From Podarcis filfolensis (taxonomy: Eukaryota): a stretch of 64,000 bases of DNA. Where the stretch lies: the NCBI GenBank assembly GCA_964270895.1, contig OZ185440.1; one strand, given 5' to 3'. The position numbers and the translations under genes are program-made. Numbering within the stretch: position 1 is the first letter of the stretch; every line of letters begins with the position of its first letter. The notes beneath the pieces were generated by a model that was not told the DNA's origin, did not search any database, and saw only the letters and a list, made by a program, of their open reading frames with translations. This document shows, piece after piece, positions 1 through 12,086 of the stretch.

Positions 1-494
1 AATATGGTTGTGTTTCCAAAGGGGCGGCCTTCATTTGCCCAGCATGCCTTTGTGTAACCCGAGATCTTTTGCACAAGGCACACTTCTGACCTAATTGCTC
101 TGCAATTAGTCATCATGATCTCAGGACTGAAGTGAAGCATAAACAGGGCTTGGAAACACACTTTCTTCCAAAAGCTCCCAGAAATTGAATCTCAAGGACT
201 TAATACCAGAAAGTCTTGCCCATGAGAAGCTGAGATATCCAGGAATCTTTAGCCTTGACTTCCATTTGAAGACACCGGTGTAAAAGAAAGGATTTTTAAA
301 TATTTGATCCTGAACCTGAAATCTGAAGCACAGGAAAGGACTTAACCATGTGCTTTTTCTGAACATACAGATTGGGTCTCTGGGCCTAACCACACATGAC
401 GTTAATCACTTGGTTTGTCCTTGAGTGTGCCATTTTTCATTACAGAAATACCTAGCACGGGAGGGCTTATCTAGATTAGAACCCTGGCATGGGG

Positions 495-906
495 AGGTAA
501 TGGGACTTTAGCTGCAATACTTCAAGGACTTTCCTCTCCTCATATAAACCAACCCAGACTCTGCAATCATTATATGAGGTCCTTCTTCATGTGCCTCCTC
601 CATGAGAGTAGCAACACGAGAACAGACCTTTTCTGCAGCAGCTCCCCATTTGTGGAATGCTCTCCCCAGGGAAGTTCATCTGGCATCTTCATTATACATC
701 TTTAGGCGTCAGGCAAAATTGTTCCTCTTCAACCAGACCTTTGGCTGAGTAATTTCTACAACCTTTAAAATCTGCTTGTGGGAGGGGGGTTATTGTTTAG
801 TTTAGTTTTTGTTTTAACTATTTCTTTTGTGCTTTTCTGCTGTATTTTTATCTTGTGAACTGCCCCGAGATCTTCGGATCTCAGGTATATAAATTTAATA
901 AATAAT
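495..906 (+). mobile_element. L2-like LINE 3' fragment
   Basis: Matches the copy at 16.94-17.39 kb (aaggac...gtgcctcctcc...tggaatgctctccccagggaagttc) and ends in an aataaataata tail. Boundaries approximate. Confidence 0.7.
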
Positions 907-929
907 AGCTCCAGCAGTGGTCCTGACCC

Positions 930-1300
930 AGATTGGTCCTCTGGCACCTGCAGTTTGAATGGTGGGAAAGCTCCCGTTCACTCTGACAGGACTTGTCCTT
1001 CCAGAAGCCATGCTGACTCTTTAACAAGGCTTCTTCTATATGCTTGGCTATTTTATCTTTAACAATACTTTCCACCAGTTTTCCTGGGACAGATGTTAAG
1101 TTTACCAGGCTGTAATTTCCAGGATTCCCCTGGATCTCTTTTTAAAATATGTTCTTACATTGTCTACTTTCCAGTCCTTGGTTATGGAGGTGCAAATCCA
1201 CATTCTGCTCTGGTACAGATAGGTCCCCAGATTCCTCATGTTATTCACAAATTGTGTCACTAGGTTCCTCATTTAGTATTTAAGTGTAATGTTTCTTTTC
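930..1300 (-). mobile_element. CR1 LINE ORF2 fragments
   Basis: Minus ORF 881-1075 reads ESIVKDKIAKHIEEALLKSQHGFWKDKSC, a typical CR1 RT-proximal motif (SQHGF..C). Confidence 0.75.
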
Positions 1301-1595
1301 AAGTTCTGTTGCAAAAAGCCTCTTGTCTTAAAACGTTGTAAAGAATTCTATTCTTATAAACACTGATAACATTACTGTAACATGATACACACAGTGCATA
1401 ATTTCCTTATGATCTCACATTGATTTCCTTAGTTTAGAGGTCCTCAAGTGTCAGCCCTATTCCAAAACATGCAAGAGTAATCCTCCCATCAAAAAATGTC
1501 TGCAAAAGAGCCTACTTGCTATAGGTCCTTTAGAAGTAGAAATTCCAGCCCAGTCTTCAACTTCAATTAAACAAAAAGGGATAAATGCAGTATTC

Positions 1596-1861
1596 ACTAT
1601 AGAGCACAATTCTAAACTGCATTCAAAAAAACCATGGTGAAGTCTTTGCTTGTTTGATTTCTTGTTTATTTGTAGGTATGGGGTGCACAACTCTGCTTGT
1701 GAAGAAAGTTCGAGGCAAGTTATTAGCCTGGGGAACTTGTCACGGAGCAAGGGGAAGTCGTGAAGTAATGCACCCCACACCTACAAATAAACAAGAAATC
1801 AAACAAGCAAAGACTTCACTACATTGTTTTTTTAATGCAGTTTTGCATTGTGTTCTACAGT
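1596..1861. repeat. Long inverted repeat (foldback/MITE-like), ~92-bp arms with 81-bp spacer
   Basis: 1596-1687 is the near-exact reverse complement of 1769-1861, including an uninterrupted gtgaagtctttgcttgtttgatttcttgtttatttgtaggt block. Confidence 0.85.
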
Positions 1862-2542
1862 CTCCAACTTCAGCATAAGATAACATCAACACAGCTTTCT
1901 GCTAAGCAGCCATTTAAGCTAGGACAAGCATACCAAAGAGCAGGACCGGCCTTACGAGATTCAAAGCAGATGGATTCAATATGTTTTGAGTCTTTTGAAT
2001 GGCATGTGGAGTCTCACTAGTCAGTCCTGCGCGGTGTTAAGATTACTAGCAGACAGTCTGGATTTTGATCCTTGAGTCATAGATGTCAGAATCGGAAGCC
2101 ATGCATGTTCTTTTAGCTTAAATGGCTGAATCTTGATGTGACCAATATAGATGAGCAGTGATGAACTTTAAAGCACAGCCCTCAAGCAATATACTTCATT
2201 TTAGACCCAGAGCAGTTGCACTGATGTGAGTGGAATTATACTGGAATCAGGAGCCTGGAGGAATGTGGCCTACATTCTCAGAATTCATGAGCGGATGTGG
2301 TTGCATTTTTCTTACCCAGTTACTAGGGATTTTCCACCCCCATGAATGAGAAGGGGGGGAAATACATTATTTCTATGATACTGGATTGTTAGCGAGCAGA
2401 AGAAAACCTGGTTCCTAGGGTAATACATGAATTGTGTTGTTTTGAAATTTTAGCATTTTTTTACCTCTCCAGGACAGAACATCTCCATGCTCTCCATTAA
2501 ACAAGAATGAATTAAAGCCAGTCTTGAAGGGGACTAGAGAGA

Positions 2543-2731
2543 CTATTCCTTGGTGGTAGAGCACATGCACTGCATGCAGGCTCATATTGTAGCATCTCTA
2601 GTTAAAAGGATCTGGTAGGCAGCAATGTGAAGGACCTCTGGTCCCTGGAGAGCTGCCATCAGTAAGAACAGACAATACTGCATTAGATGAACAGATAACC
2701 TGACCTGGTATAAGGCAACTTAACTTCCTAT
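2543..2731 (+). mobile_element. Degenerate tRNA-derived SINE (Squam/MIR-like)
   Basis: A-box-like head (ggtagagcacatgc) and a core shared with other old SINE copies in the window (9.5 kb, 56.1 kb). Confidence 0.55.
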
Positions 2732-3404
2732 GTTGCAGGCTAAGTAACTAGTTAAAAGACAAATATGCTCTGGGCAACATTATCCCATTTATGCCACTTT
2801 TATTGCCATGCCTTCCTCCGCCAAATAATCCTGGGGATTTTGTAGCTTGGCAAGTGAGTGGAGAGTTCTCTCTGAAAGATATTGATCTTGCTCTCTCAGA
2901 ACTACAGATCCTAGCATTCCCACATGAGCTACTGAATCTGTGTGTGGTTTGAGCCTGATCTTCTTTGTTTGCCTGCTACGTAAGGTACCAACCTACATAA
3001 AACCTTCAGCCCCAAGAAGTCGCCCTCAGCCTACATACCTCAAATGGCCCCTGGGTGTCTGGAGCCGCCACTCTTAAGATGAAAGAGCTCTCCATCACTT
3101 ACAGGAAAATTCCTTAAGACCTGCTTAAAAGAGCCCCCTGTCTCCCCGCAATTGAGTTCCCCAGGTAGAGATGAGGGAGAAATTTGATTCAGTTTGTATT
3201 TGAAGACGAATCTATCAAATTTCCACATTCCAAAACAATGTGTGGATCGAAACCCAGCTATCCTTTGAAATTCACGCTTATCCTAATTTTGTGATGCATT
3301 TTTTCAGCCAGCGTTTACGAAACTGCATGTATCAGGGAGAGTGTACAAGAAAATGAATACATTAATGGAGGTAACATACAAAAATGCATTCTGTTAGTGG
3401 CATA

Positions 3405-3758
3405 GGTAAAGGTAAAGGGACCCCTGACCATTAGGTCCAGTCGTGGCCGACTCTGGGGTTGCGGCACTCATCTTGCTTTATTGGCCGAGGGAGCCGGCGT
3501 ACAGCTTCCGGGTCATGTGGTCAGCATGACTAAGCCGCTTATGGCGAACCAGAGCTGTGCACAGAAACGCCGTTTCCCTTCCCGCTGGAGCGGTACCTAT
3601 TTATCTACTTGCACTTTGACGTGCTTTCGAACTGCCAGGTTGGCAGGAGCTGGGACCGAGCAACGGGAGCTCACCCCGTCGTGGGGATTCGAACCGCCGA
3701 CCTTCTGATCGGCAAGTCCTAGGCTCTGTGGTTTAACCCACAGCGCCACCCGTGTCCC
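3405..3758 (-). mobile_element. Sauria SINE, full length
   Basis: tRNA-like head GGGACACGGGTGGCGCTGTGGGTT...GGTTCGAATCCC on the minus strand, (ACCTTT)n tail, 11-bp TSD ttagtggcata at 3394-3404 and 3760-3770. Confidence 0.92.
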
Positions 3759-5954
3759 ATTAGTGGCATACATTAGTCCCAAATGTATACAAAAGTATTT
3801 GCACTGAATCCACCTTCTGCCTTGGCCTCACCATGTTTTAAGAGCCCATCACTGAGGATGCCACCAGGGGCAGATGTTGCTGTTTCAAATTTCAGTGGTT
3901 CTCTGTTTGTGGTTCCGCCTCCTCTTGTCACAATGGCAACACCCTGCAGCACCCCCCTTGGCTCGGCACCCAGTGCGAGGTAACTGGTCCCACTTCTCAA
4001 AATCCACCTCTGATGCCACGTCCCAACATAGTGTGCTCCCATTGCTTCCAGCCTGTCGTTGTTAATGTCTGGCCAGGCCCAAAGACTGTATCAGTGGCTC
4101 CTCCTTCTTAACCCTATTTTATGTGCAAAAACACTGCTTCCTTCTTTCATGGACAGGTTGCCATTGACAATGAATCACAGAGGTGCTTAAGTTGTGCCTC
4201 TTCAGAATGTGGAAGAGCTCTGCATTTCAGAAATTATGTCAGCATTTTTGGGAACAAAAAAAAACTGTTGTTTTTTTTAAAAAAAAAATATTTCTTTAAG
4301 AGACCTTTTAGTGCACTGACCTTGTTTCATGGCTCCCCGCCCCAACTCTTCTTTCCTTTAGGGGATTTCTGTCAGGTTGCTTTAACACTTTACTTCACTT
4401 CAGCTGTAGCCTAGAAATTTTTCAGATGGAAATAGCCCAGTCCTTCCAGAAGAAGCTTATTTTAAAAAAAACAAAGCTATTCTGCTTTCTTATTTCATAA
4501 GATCAATTCTTAAGGACTCACCAAATAACGCATATGAAAATAAAGACAGTTATATAAAAATGCTTCATAGACAGCCAACGTGCATAGCAAAATATTTAAG
4601 CCTTTTAAAAAAATAACCTGCATGTTTCCCATTAGTCCTCACAAAATCCCTTTGTAGTGCCATTTGTGAATGGGAAACTAAGGCTGTGACGGCCTTGTGT
4701 GCATTGAAAATAAACTTTCTTCTGCTCTATGTGGTGTCGATTCACTGCATTGTGGTCATGATTCAGGCAAATGTACACATTTTTAAGTCTCATTGAATTT
4801 CAATGGAAGAGACTAATCAGAAAGCCAGCCCTCTGATGTAAAATTGTAAAATTGGCATTATTACAGTGTCCCAGCTAGGAGTGCATCAAATAACCCGCAG
4901 GTTTACTTTTCAGGCCCAAATCAGCCATTTTTGTGTCGTAGAATCCCCACACACTTTCACTTAGCCTGGAAGTACATGTTGTGTTGTCTTTAGTTTGATA
5001 TTCTGCAATACTAATTTCTGAAACTTTCCCGTCCTTCAGCAACCCCTCACCCTAAAAAAATCAGATGGACATCTTATTCTGACTATGTTTTTCAGCACAT
5101 GAGACGTCATAAACTACTGATACACATTTAAGATGTGTTTGTCTTATATGGATATAAACTTCCTTAGAATGTTATTTCAGAGTTGTGATATGGGTCACTC
5201 CTCTTGGATCACATTAACAATTGAAAGTTCAACCAGGGAGGTGATGGCTCCGCTTTAGATGAAATAATCCAGAATGAGACGTGTGTGATCTTTCCTATAG
5301 ACTTTCAGAGATTGTCTGATAGAAGATACTGTCAAAATGTGCTGTGGACTCTTGTTATTACCAAATCTTCTGCCGTCTGATTTTGCTTTGCTCACTTAGT
5401 TCTCTGGTACGTGCTGCTAGACAGCTACTTGCGTTATCTAGATGCACAAAGCACTTTTTGTGCAAGGACTGACTCACAGCAAAAAATGCCAGTTAGAATA
5501 TTTTCCTCAGGAATGCACTGGAGCTTGGCTTACAAAGTCTGAAAATGAAATCAAGTGAAATAGGTCAAACCCGGAACTATGTGTCCTTATGCGTCCTCGT
5601 GTCCTCTTTTTGCAACAGAGCACATAGTTTTGCCCAAACTTTGAAAGCTACTTTGATTTCCTTAATTGCCTTGGTCTGTGCTTGTCTTGCCTATATGCCA
5701 AAGACTGTCTGCTTGCAACATTGTCCTTTAGTATTAGCTATCGCATTTAAACAACCGAGTCTCTTCTTTCAATGAACAACAAACAAACCCAAAACCTCAC
5801 AATGTGTACAATGTGCTGACACTTAGCAGTGGGGCTGTCAAAATCACTCCTGTGTTAACAATTAATTTGAATGTCCCTTGAGAGACATAGGGCTGGTTGA
5901 ACAAAGATTGAGTGCATGGGTTACACTGAACCAGATCATTGGTAATCTAGGTTA

Positions 5955-6088
5955 GTATTCCTCAACCTGGTGCCCTGCAGATGTTGTTGGACTACAACTC
6001 CCTACATTCGTGTTCATTGGTTGTGCTGGCTGGGGCTGTTAGGAGTTGGAGTTCAACAACAATTGGAGGTCAGCAGGTGGGAGAAGGA
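5955..6088. mobile_element. Palindromic 'ggactacaactccc' MITE family copy
   Basis: gttgttggactacaactccc...ggagttggagttcaacaac internal palindrome; related copies near 33.0, 37.4, 37.8, 51.5 and 53.3 kb. Confidence 0.6.
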
Positions 6089-6093
6089 TGGGG

Positions 6094-6985
6094 TTTTTTA
6101 AAATAAAAATATTTTTTCATTTTCTCATTTTACAAACTTATAACAATACAAATTAACGCATCCAAATTAAGATACCAAATATTAATATCGACCCCTCACC
6201 CTTTCTGCGGTTGCTTCTGTAATATCTTTTATCACTGCATATCCAATTTAAATCTATTTATTAATTGTCCTTTATACTCAATTTAAATTATTTTACTGCT
6301 TGTTTTTAATTCAATCCTGCTAGTGTTTTAAGTTGTTTACAATAGTTCTTCAAATAGTCCCTAAATATTCCCCATACTAAGTTTAAAAGTCTCTCTTCTT
6401 GTTTTCTTATTCTTTTGGTAAGTTTTGCCATTTCTGCAAACTCCCAACAGTTTTTGCTGCAAATCTTCTTTGGTTGGGACTGCTGCTTCTTTCCACCTCT
6501 GGATGTATGTCATTCAAGCATCTGTTGTGACATACATTTTTTTTCCCCTGTTCTTTTGGTATCTCACTTCCTATTATTCCTAAAGAGAAAGACTTCTGGT
6601 TTCTTAATAAAAGTTTTAAAGATTTTTTTTCAACTCATTATATATCATTTCCAAGAATGTTTTACCAACCTTACAAGACTACCACATATAGAAAAAGGTA
6701 CCTTCCTTCTCTTTACATTTCCAACAGATATATGATGTTGAGTTATCCATTTTTGCTAATTTACTAGGTGTCAGATACCATCTATACATCATTTTCATAT
6801 AATTTTCTTTTATCCCATGACATGCTGTTAAATCCATATCTACATTCCAGTCACCTCCATGCTTACATTTCAATATTATGTCCTATATCCATTGCCCAAT
6901 GTATGATTGATTATTTCACCTGTTTGTCTTTTGTTTGTCATTCTAATAAAATCTTATACATTTCTGACATCACTTTTATTGTCTA
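6094..6985 (-). mobile_element. L1-clade LINE, 5'-truncated 3' end
   Basis: Minus ORF KENYMKMMYRWYLTPSKLAKM...CWKCKEKEGTFFYMW is homologous to the ORF2 C-terminus at 28.6-28.8 kb; frame is disrupted. Confidence 0.88.
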
Positions 6986-8433
6986 GCAGGACTTCCTTCT
7001 ACTTGTGAGGTTTGAGTCATAGGATGATGGGAATGTATCCAGCTAAGTCTTATTCAGAGTAGACCCCTTGAAATTAATCAATCTACATTAGTCATGTCCA
7101 TTAATGACAATAGGTCTACTCTGAGTAGGACTAGCATTAGCTGCAACTCTTGGTTTTCAAAAGTACTGAATGAGGACAAACCTTAACAGCATATTTTGAT
7201 CCTTTCATAGGAAAGCTGGCAGCAACCTGTGCATTATTGTTGTTATTGATTGCTTTTTGCAAGATAGGCAAATAAGCTCAACACCTAGTACCCAGGAAAG
7301 GAATTTTCATTTACAATCTTCAGAAATGAGACAATGAAACATACACTGAAAACTTCCCTTTACTTAATCTTTGGTCACACAGATATTGCCCAACTAGAAT
7401 AGCTGTCTGATGGCACCTGCTATATCCTAGGTCCTAGGTAATAAAAAAAAAGCTTCCTTCAAATGAAATTTGGAGAGATGTGATAAATAAGAATTCAGAT
7501 CTATGATTAAATTAAATGATACAATACCTTGGGGCCATCTTAGAATTAGACACACAACTGACAAATTGCATTGAATACCATGACTTCACATCCTCTTCTT
7601 AAATTCTTTCTTTGTGACATCTGGCTCAATTCCACTGAAGTATTTCATGGCGAAATCATAGTCATGTATCATCTGACCTTTATCCACATGAACTGAGAAG
7701 AATAGTTAATTATCAGTTTATGTGGAAGTTGACTGCTGGCCTTGGTGGACTCGCACCTGGTCTAGCAATACATTTTTAGTCATTCTCATTTGTTCAGTTT
7801 CCAGTTTTTCTCCCATGAAAAAGACAGAAGTACAAGAGTGCTAAGCATCTATACACAGAGTAAATCCCACTATATTCAATGGTGTTTACTCCCTAGATTT
7901 ACTGTTGTTAGGCTTGCCTATATATTCCTGTGTGTTCACTTTGATCAAAATGGGAGGAGAAAGGCCTTTTTTTTTGAGAGAGAGAGAGAGAGAGAGGGAG
8001 GGAGGGAGGGAGCCGAGTTCATCTATATCAGTTGAAACCCACTTACCGATCTGTGGCGCATTATAATTTATTAAACTCAATCAATACTTAATCTGCAGTT
8101 CAAATTTTTTGTTAGATATTTGCAGCGCGTCTAAGGAGACACTCATGTCAGGGAATAAAAATTTTCTCCCGGCTGTGATTGTGATGAATTTATAATGTGC
8201 TCTAAGAGTGATGCATTGACCTAAATTCGCAGAATGTACTGTCTGTTACATTTGTTGTTATGAATCATGGCCCAGACTCTGGCTTGCCACTTTGAAGTCT
8301 TAGGAGGCTTATTAAAAGAACTGCGGCCGAGATCAAGGCAAGGAGGAAAGCACTGAGGGAAGGAGTGAGTGAGGGAGAGCGGTGCCTGCAAAATACTCGT
8401 CTGTGGCGAACCAACTGCATGAAACTGCCTCAC

Positions 8434-8567
8434 CAAACCGGCATCTCTGAGTTTTCTTTTGTCTGTCGGCAGCCAGGATGAAATTCCACATGGAGGCAAT
8501 ATGGCAGGTTACATCCCTGTTCTTGAGCAGAGCTGAGCTGCGGGGCTTGATCTCAATGCTAACACGT
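8434..8567 (-). other. Candidate 134-nt exon
   Basis: Acceptor cctctattctctccggcag, donor gtgagg. One frame is open: RVSIEIKPRSSALLKNRDVTCHIASMWNFILAADRQKKTQRCRF. Not recognised. Confidence 0.33.
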
Positions 8568-8840
8568 CTGCCGGAGAGAATAGAGGTTACCCCTTAACAG
8601 CAGGGTTTGGAGGGCGGGGGGGGGAGGTTGCATGAGGAGGACGAGGGGGGGAGAGGGAGCGGAGCCAGGCCTTCTGACTGGCACCAGCCAGCTGCTGCAC
8701 CACAGGGAGCTCGCTGCCCCATTTCCAAAGGCTTTGTCTGCCTCCATTGCGAACACAGCTCTGGTTCTTTTCTCCCGTTTTTTTGCCGCAGCCCCTCTAT
8801 TGTGTTTTATCGTCTTCTCCCCACCCACCCCTGCACTCAC

Positions 8841-8897
8841 CCGCCACATATCAATTCAGTGGTATCTACAGATATTCAGAGGTAGCAAAGCCCAAAC
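8841..8897 (-). other. Candidate 57-nt exon ending ATG TGG CGG (possible start exon, M-W-R)
   Basis: Acceptor ttttttttaattttcccttccag and donor gtgagt. Stops occur in all frames upstream of the ATG, so it is UTR or a start exon. Confidence 0.4.
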
Positions 8898-9231
8898 CTG
8901 GAAGGGAAAATTAAAAAAAAGCATTACCTCTCTGGTTTTTGTTTTTTGGTTTTTTTGCCAGTCTGAAACAAGGGTAAGATTAATACGAAAGGGATAGGGT
9001 AACCTATATCCTTACGGCAAAAGGTTGCTGGGCTGTTGCTGTGCGCAATATTAAGTTGCTGTCACACAGAAGCAGTTGGGATTAAAGCTCTCTATCCAGG
9101 ATTAAAGCCGGCAATTCATTAAGCAGTCTCCTTCGGGATTAAATGGAAAGAGTTAAATTGCTCACAGTAACTATATGCAGAAATTAAGGAGACGGGGCAC
9201 CGTGAAATAATATGATATGTTGTTGGAAGCC

Positions 9232-9232
<1 letters not shown>

Positions 9233-9292
<60 letters not shown>

Positions 9293-9300
9293 AGAGAGAG
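9233..9300. repeat. (GT)n(GA)n compound microsatellite
   Basis: Seen directly. Confidence 0.95.
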
Positions 9301-9499
9301 GGACTTACTAGACATTCTCCAACATTTACTGAAAGAAAACAGGACCCTTGGGGGGGTGTTTTTCAATTAAAGGGTTAATTGCAGGGTTTGATTTGTGCCA
9401 GGGCTCAGCCCCAGATGTTTTCAATGACAAAGACAGGCAGAAGAACATCTGAAGTGGTAAAAGAATCTGATCACAATAGGAAGCACAAGCAGCTGATTT

Positions 9500-9660
9500 C
9501 TACCCAGTCAGACCACTGGTCCATGTAGCTTAGTATGGCTTGGCAGTAGCTTATCAGGATTTCCGGAGAGCTCCTCTCCCAGCTCTACCTGATGAGGCTG
9601 GGCATTGAACCTGGGATCTTCTGAATGCAAGACAGACACTCTGCCACGGAGCTATAGCAA
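9500..9660 (-). mobile_element. Degenerate tRNA-derived SINE
   Basis: Reverse complement gives atagctccgtggcagagtgtctg...cccaggttcaatgcccagc (A- and B-box-like motifs). Confidence 0.55.
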
Positions 9661-10066
9661 GAGGCGCCATCTTCTTAAGCACTTTGGAGGGGACTGACAT
9701 GAATTTCTGGCATCACATACACAATGTCGTGCAACATCATGTAACATCTTCGCATCATTCCACTCCCAGCCTCAACTATGGGGGGGGGCGCAGCACCCTA
9801 ATAATAAAAAATAAAAATATTAAAAATTTAAAAATTAAAACTGAGATGGCCCACAGTGCTTCAGGGCCCTGGAGCCAGCACCTGTGGCTGTAGTCCTTCC
9901 CACAATCTAGCAGAAGAGAAGGGCGCCTCCAGACTGGTGTTTTATTGTGGTCGTGTTCTGCAATATGTCACTGATGCAATAATAGTGGTGAATTTACACT
10001 GGGCCACCCACACATCATTCCACTTTATTAGTTATACTGCAGTGCTTCCCCAGCTTTAGCAAATTA

Positions 10067-10080
10067 TTGCCACCTGGAGG
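10067..10080 (-). promoter_or_regulatory. CTCF-like motif
   Basis: Minus strand CCTCCAGGTGGCAA resembles the CTCF core; motif match only. Confidence 0.35.
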
Positions 10081-10702
10081 GGCAAAAGTGAGACGACACC
10101 CCTCCCCCACCCCCAACATTCGTGGTATAAAAAGTTGCAGGACTTCAGGAGGAAATTATGGGACTAGCTCTGACCTGAAACAAAGCAGTATGTCTGCCCT
10201 GAATCTTCGGCAGGAGCAAACAATACTGAAAATGGGATTGTGTCTAGCTGCCTGCTACCATCATGAGCACAAATCTTCATCATGAGGGCACAATCGAAAG
10301 GATATCAGGAGGTGTTCTAAATCAGTGGGACTGAAGTCTATATGTACAGGATAATGGGCACAATATATAGGTCTGATCAATCCTTCTGAAAAATGGTTCA
10401 CATTTTGGAAAAGAAAAGTGCAACTGGGATGGCCAAGAGACACCTTTCCTAAAATGAAAGCTGAAGATTTGGGGGCTCTTAAGAAAAATGGGGAGAGAAG
10501 ACAATTCTATACTTGTCTGCTTGGATGTAAGCCCCATTGAGTTTCATGAGATTACTTCTTCTTCTGCGATCACTTGTAGCCGAGTAAGATTGTCTTCCAT
10601 AAACACGGTTTTCAAAAGTGAGTCTGTCAGTGACTGTGGAGGCCACTTCTGGATCCACACATCCTTCCACAGTGGGGAGATTGGTTTCCGGGCACAGGAG
10701 CA

Positions 10703-11672
10703 AAGGAAGGCATCATGACACCTGGGGTGTCGCTACATATGACGCATGCGCCGTACGTAGTGACGCCACAGATGCGCTGTACATAGCGGTTTGCCGGTGG
10801 CGCCACTTTGGTGCTGTACAGACAGTGCCGGGATCCTCTGCTCGCGGCTGCAGCCTCGAATGGAGGATCCTCCATTCGCGGTTGTAGCTGCGACAGAGGG
10901 ATCCCGGCACAGTCCATACGGTGCTGGAGCACCGGCACCGGCAAACCGCTATACAGCGCATGTGCGGCGTTGCTACGTACAGTGCATGCGTGCGACGCCT
11001 CACATGCTCTGTACTTAGCGGTTTGCCACCGGTGCCAGGATCCTCTGCTCATGGCTGCAGCCGCGAACGGAGGATCCTCCACATGCGGCTGCGGTGCGAT
11101 GGCTGCTCGCGCCACAGCGAGCTCCCACGGGGTGACTTCTTTTTTATTATTTTTTAATACAATTTTTATTAGTTTTTTTTTAACATATCATTTTCAACAG
11201 TAATTAAACATACTTTTATATCTTATTCAAATTTTTGACTTCCATCAATCCTGTCTGAAAATTTTCCAATCTAATCTCTCAGTATGCATTTCTTATCTTC
11301 CCTATTACATTTCAAACTCATAACCAATATCTCTATCTTTTTCTACTTTGTAACACTTTGTATATTTCTCCTTACAAAACTTCTTGTAGTCCTACTAGCG
11401 TAATTTGTTGATTACAGTTGCTCTTCAAATAATTCATATACTTCTTCCAATCTTCTGTAAATCTCTGGTCCCGCAGGTTTCGAATCCTTCCTGCCATTTT
11501 GTCCAATTCTGCATAGTCCATTAATTTCATCTGCCATTCTTCTTTCGTCGGAATTTCTTCTTGTTTCAATTTCTGGGCTCCACGGGGTGACTTCTTGTCA
11601 CCCCCACAGACATGGAACCCGGGGCGCCCCGCGCCCCGCCCCCCGCCCCCGCCCTCCGTTGCGATGCCACTG
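10703..11672. mobile_element. CpG-rich probable non-autonomous DNA transposon with alternating inverted internal units, interrupted by an L1
   Basis: Right end ...gttgcgatgCCACTG (CAGTGG-type terminus), gtcacccc subterminal motif, three related units in +/-/+ orientation. Left terminus and TSD not found. Confidence 0.55.
11142..11579 (-). mobile_element. L1-clade LINE, 5'-truncated
   Basis: QKLKQEEIPTKEEWQMKLMDYAELDKMAGRIRNL...EDWKKYMNYLK ORF2 end, A-rich tail, 17-bp TSD ccacggggtgacttctt at 11125-11141 and 11580-11596. Confidence 0.92.
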
Positions 11673-11835
11673 TCTGGGCGGGAGTTGATCATGGTGAGGG
11701 TTTGCCAAGCGTGCCTTTCTCTTAGCACATTTCTCCCTTTCGTCCTGGTGACACATTTGGTAAAGGCTATTCTCCAACTGGAGCACTCTCAGGCCAGTGT
11801 TTCCCAGTTGTCAGTGTTTATACTACTCAGTATAG

Positions 11836-12086
11836 CAGGGGTCAGCAAACTTTTTCAGCAGGGGGCCGGTCCACTGTCCCTCAGACCTTGTGGGGGCCGG
11901 ACTATATTTTGAAAAAAAAATATGAACGAATTCCTATGGCCCACAAATAACCCAGAGATACATTTTAAATAAAAGGACACATTCTACTCATGTAAAAACA
12001 CGCTGATTCCCCAGACCATCCGCGGGCTGGATTTAGAAGGCGATTGGGCCAGATCCGGCCCCCGGGCCTTAGTTTGCCTACCTATG
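11836..12086. mobile_element. hAT (Charlie-like) MITE
   Basis: TIR-like ends caggggtcagcaaact / agtttgcctacctatg; degenerate 8-bp TSD cagtatag / cggtatat. Confidence 0.8.

Larger units (their letters stand above)
7990..9200 (-). promoter_or_regulatory. Putative conserved regulatory / 5' exon cluster of an unidentified minus-strand transcript
   Basis: No recognisable TE, CpG-retaining sequence, TAAT/ATTA-rich tracts, G-rich tract at ~8.6 kb, flanking (GA)n. Canonical minus-strand donors at 8047 (gtaagt), 8433 (gtgagg) and 8840 (gtgagt); acceptors at 8568 and 8898. Conservation is inferred, not measured. Confidence 0.45.

Noticed and set aside
3405-3758. tRNA genes (A/B boxes here and at 22824 and 35193)
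   Set aside because: These are SINE heads with SINE bodies and tails (TSDs at the two Sauria copies); no complete cloverleaf.
10743-11090. CRISPR-like palindromic repeats
   Set aside because: Eukaryotic context, units alternate in orientation, no unique spacers of regular length, no cas genes.
10618-11203. Six overlapping ORFs up to 162 aa with repeated peptides (RMEDPPF, EWRILH)
   Set aside because: They arise from the GC-rich palindromic array, which lacks stops on both strands; no domain recognised.
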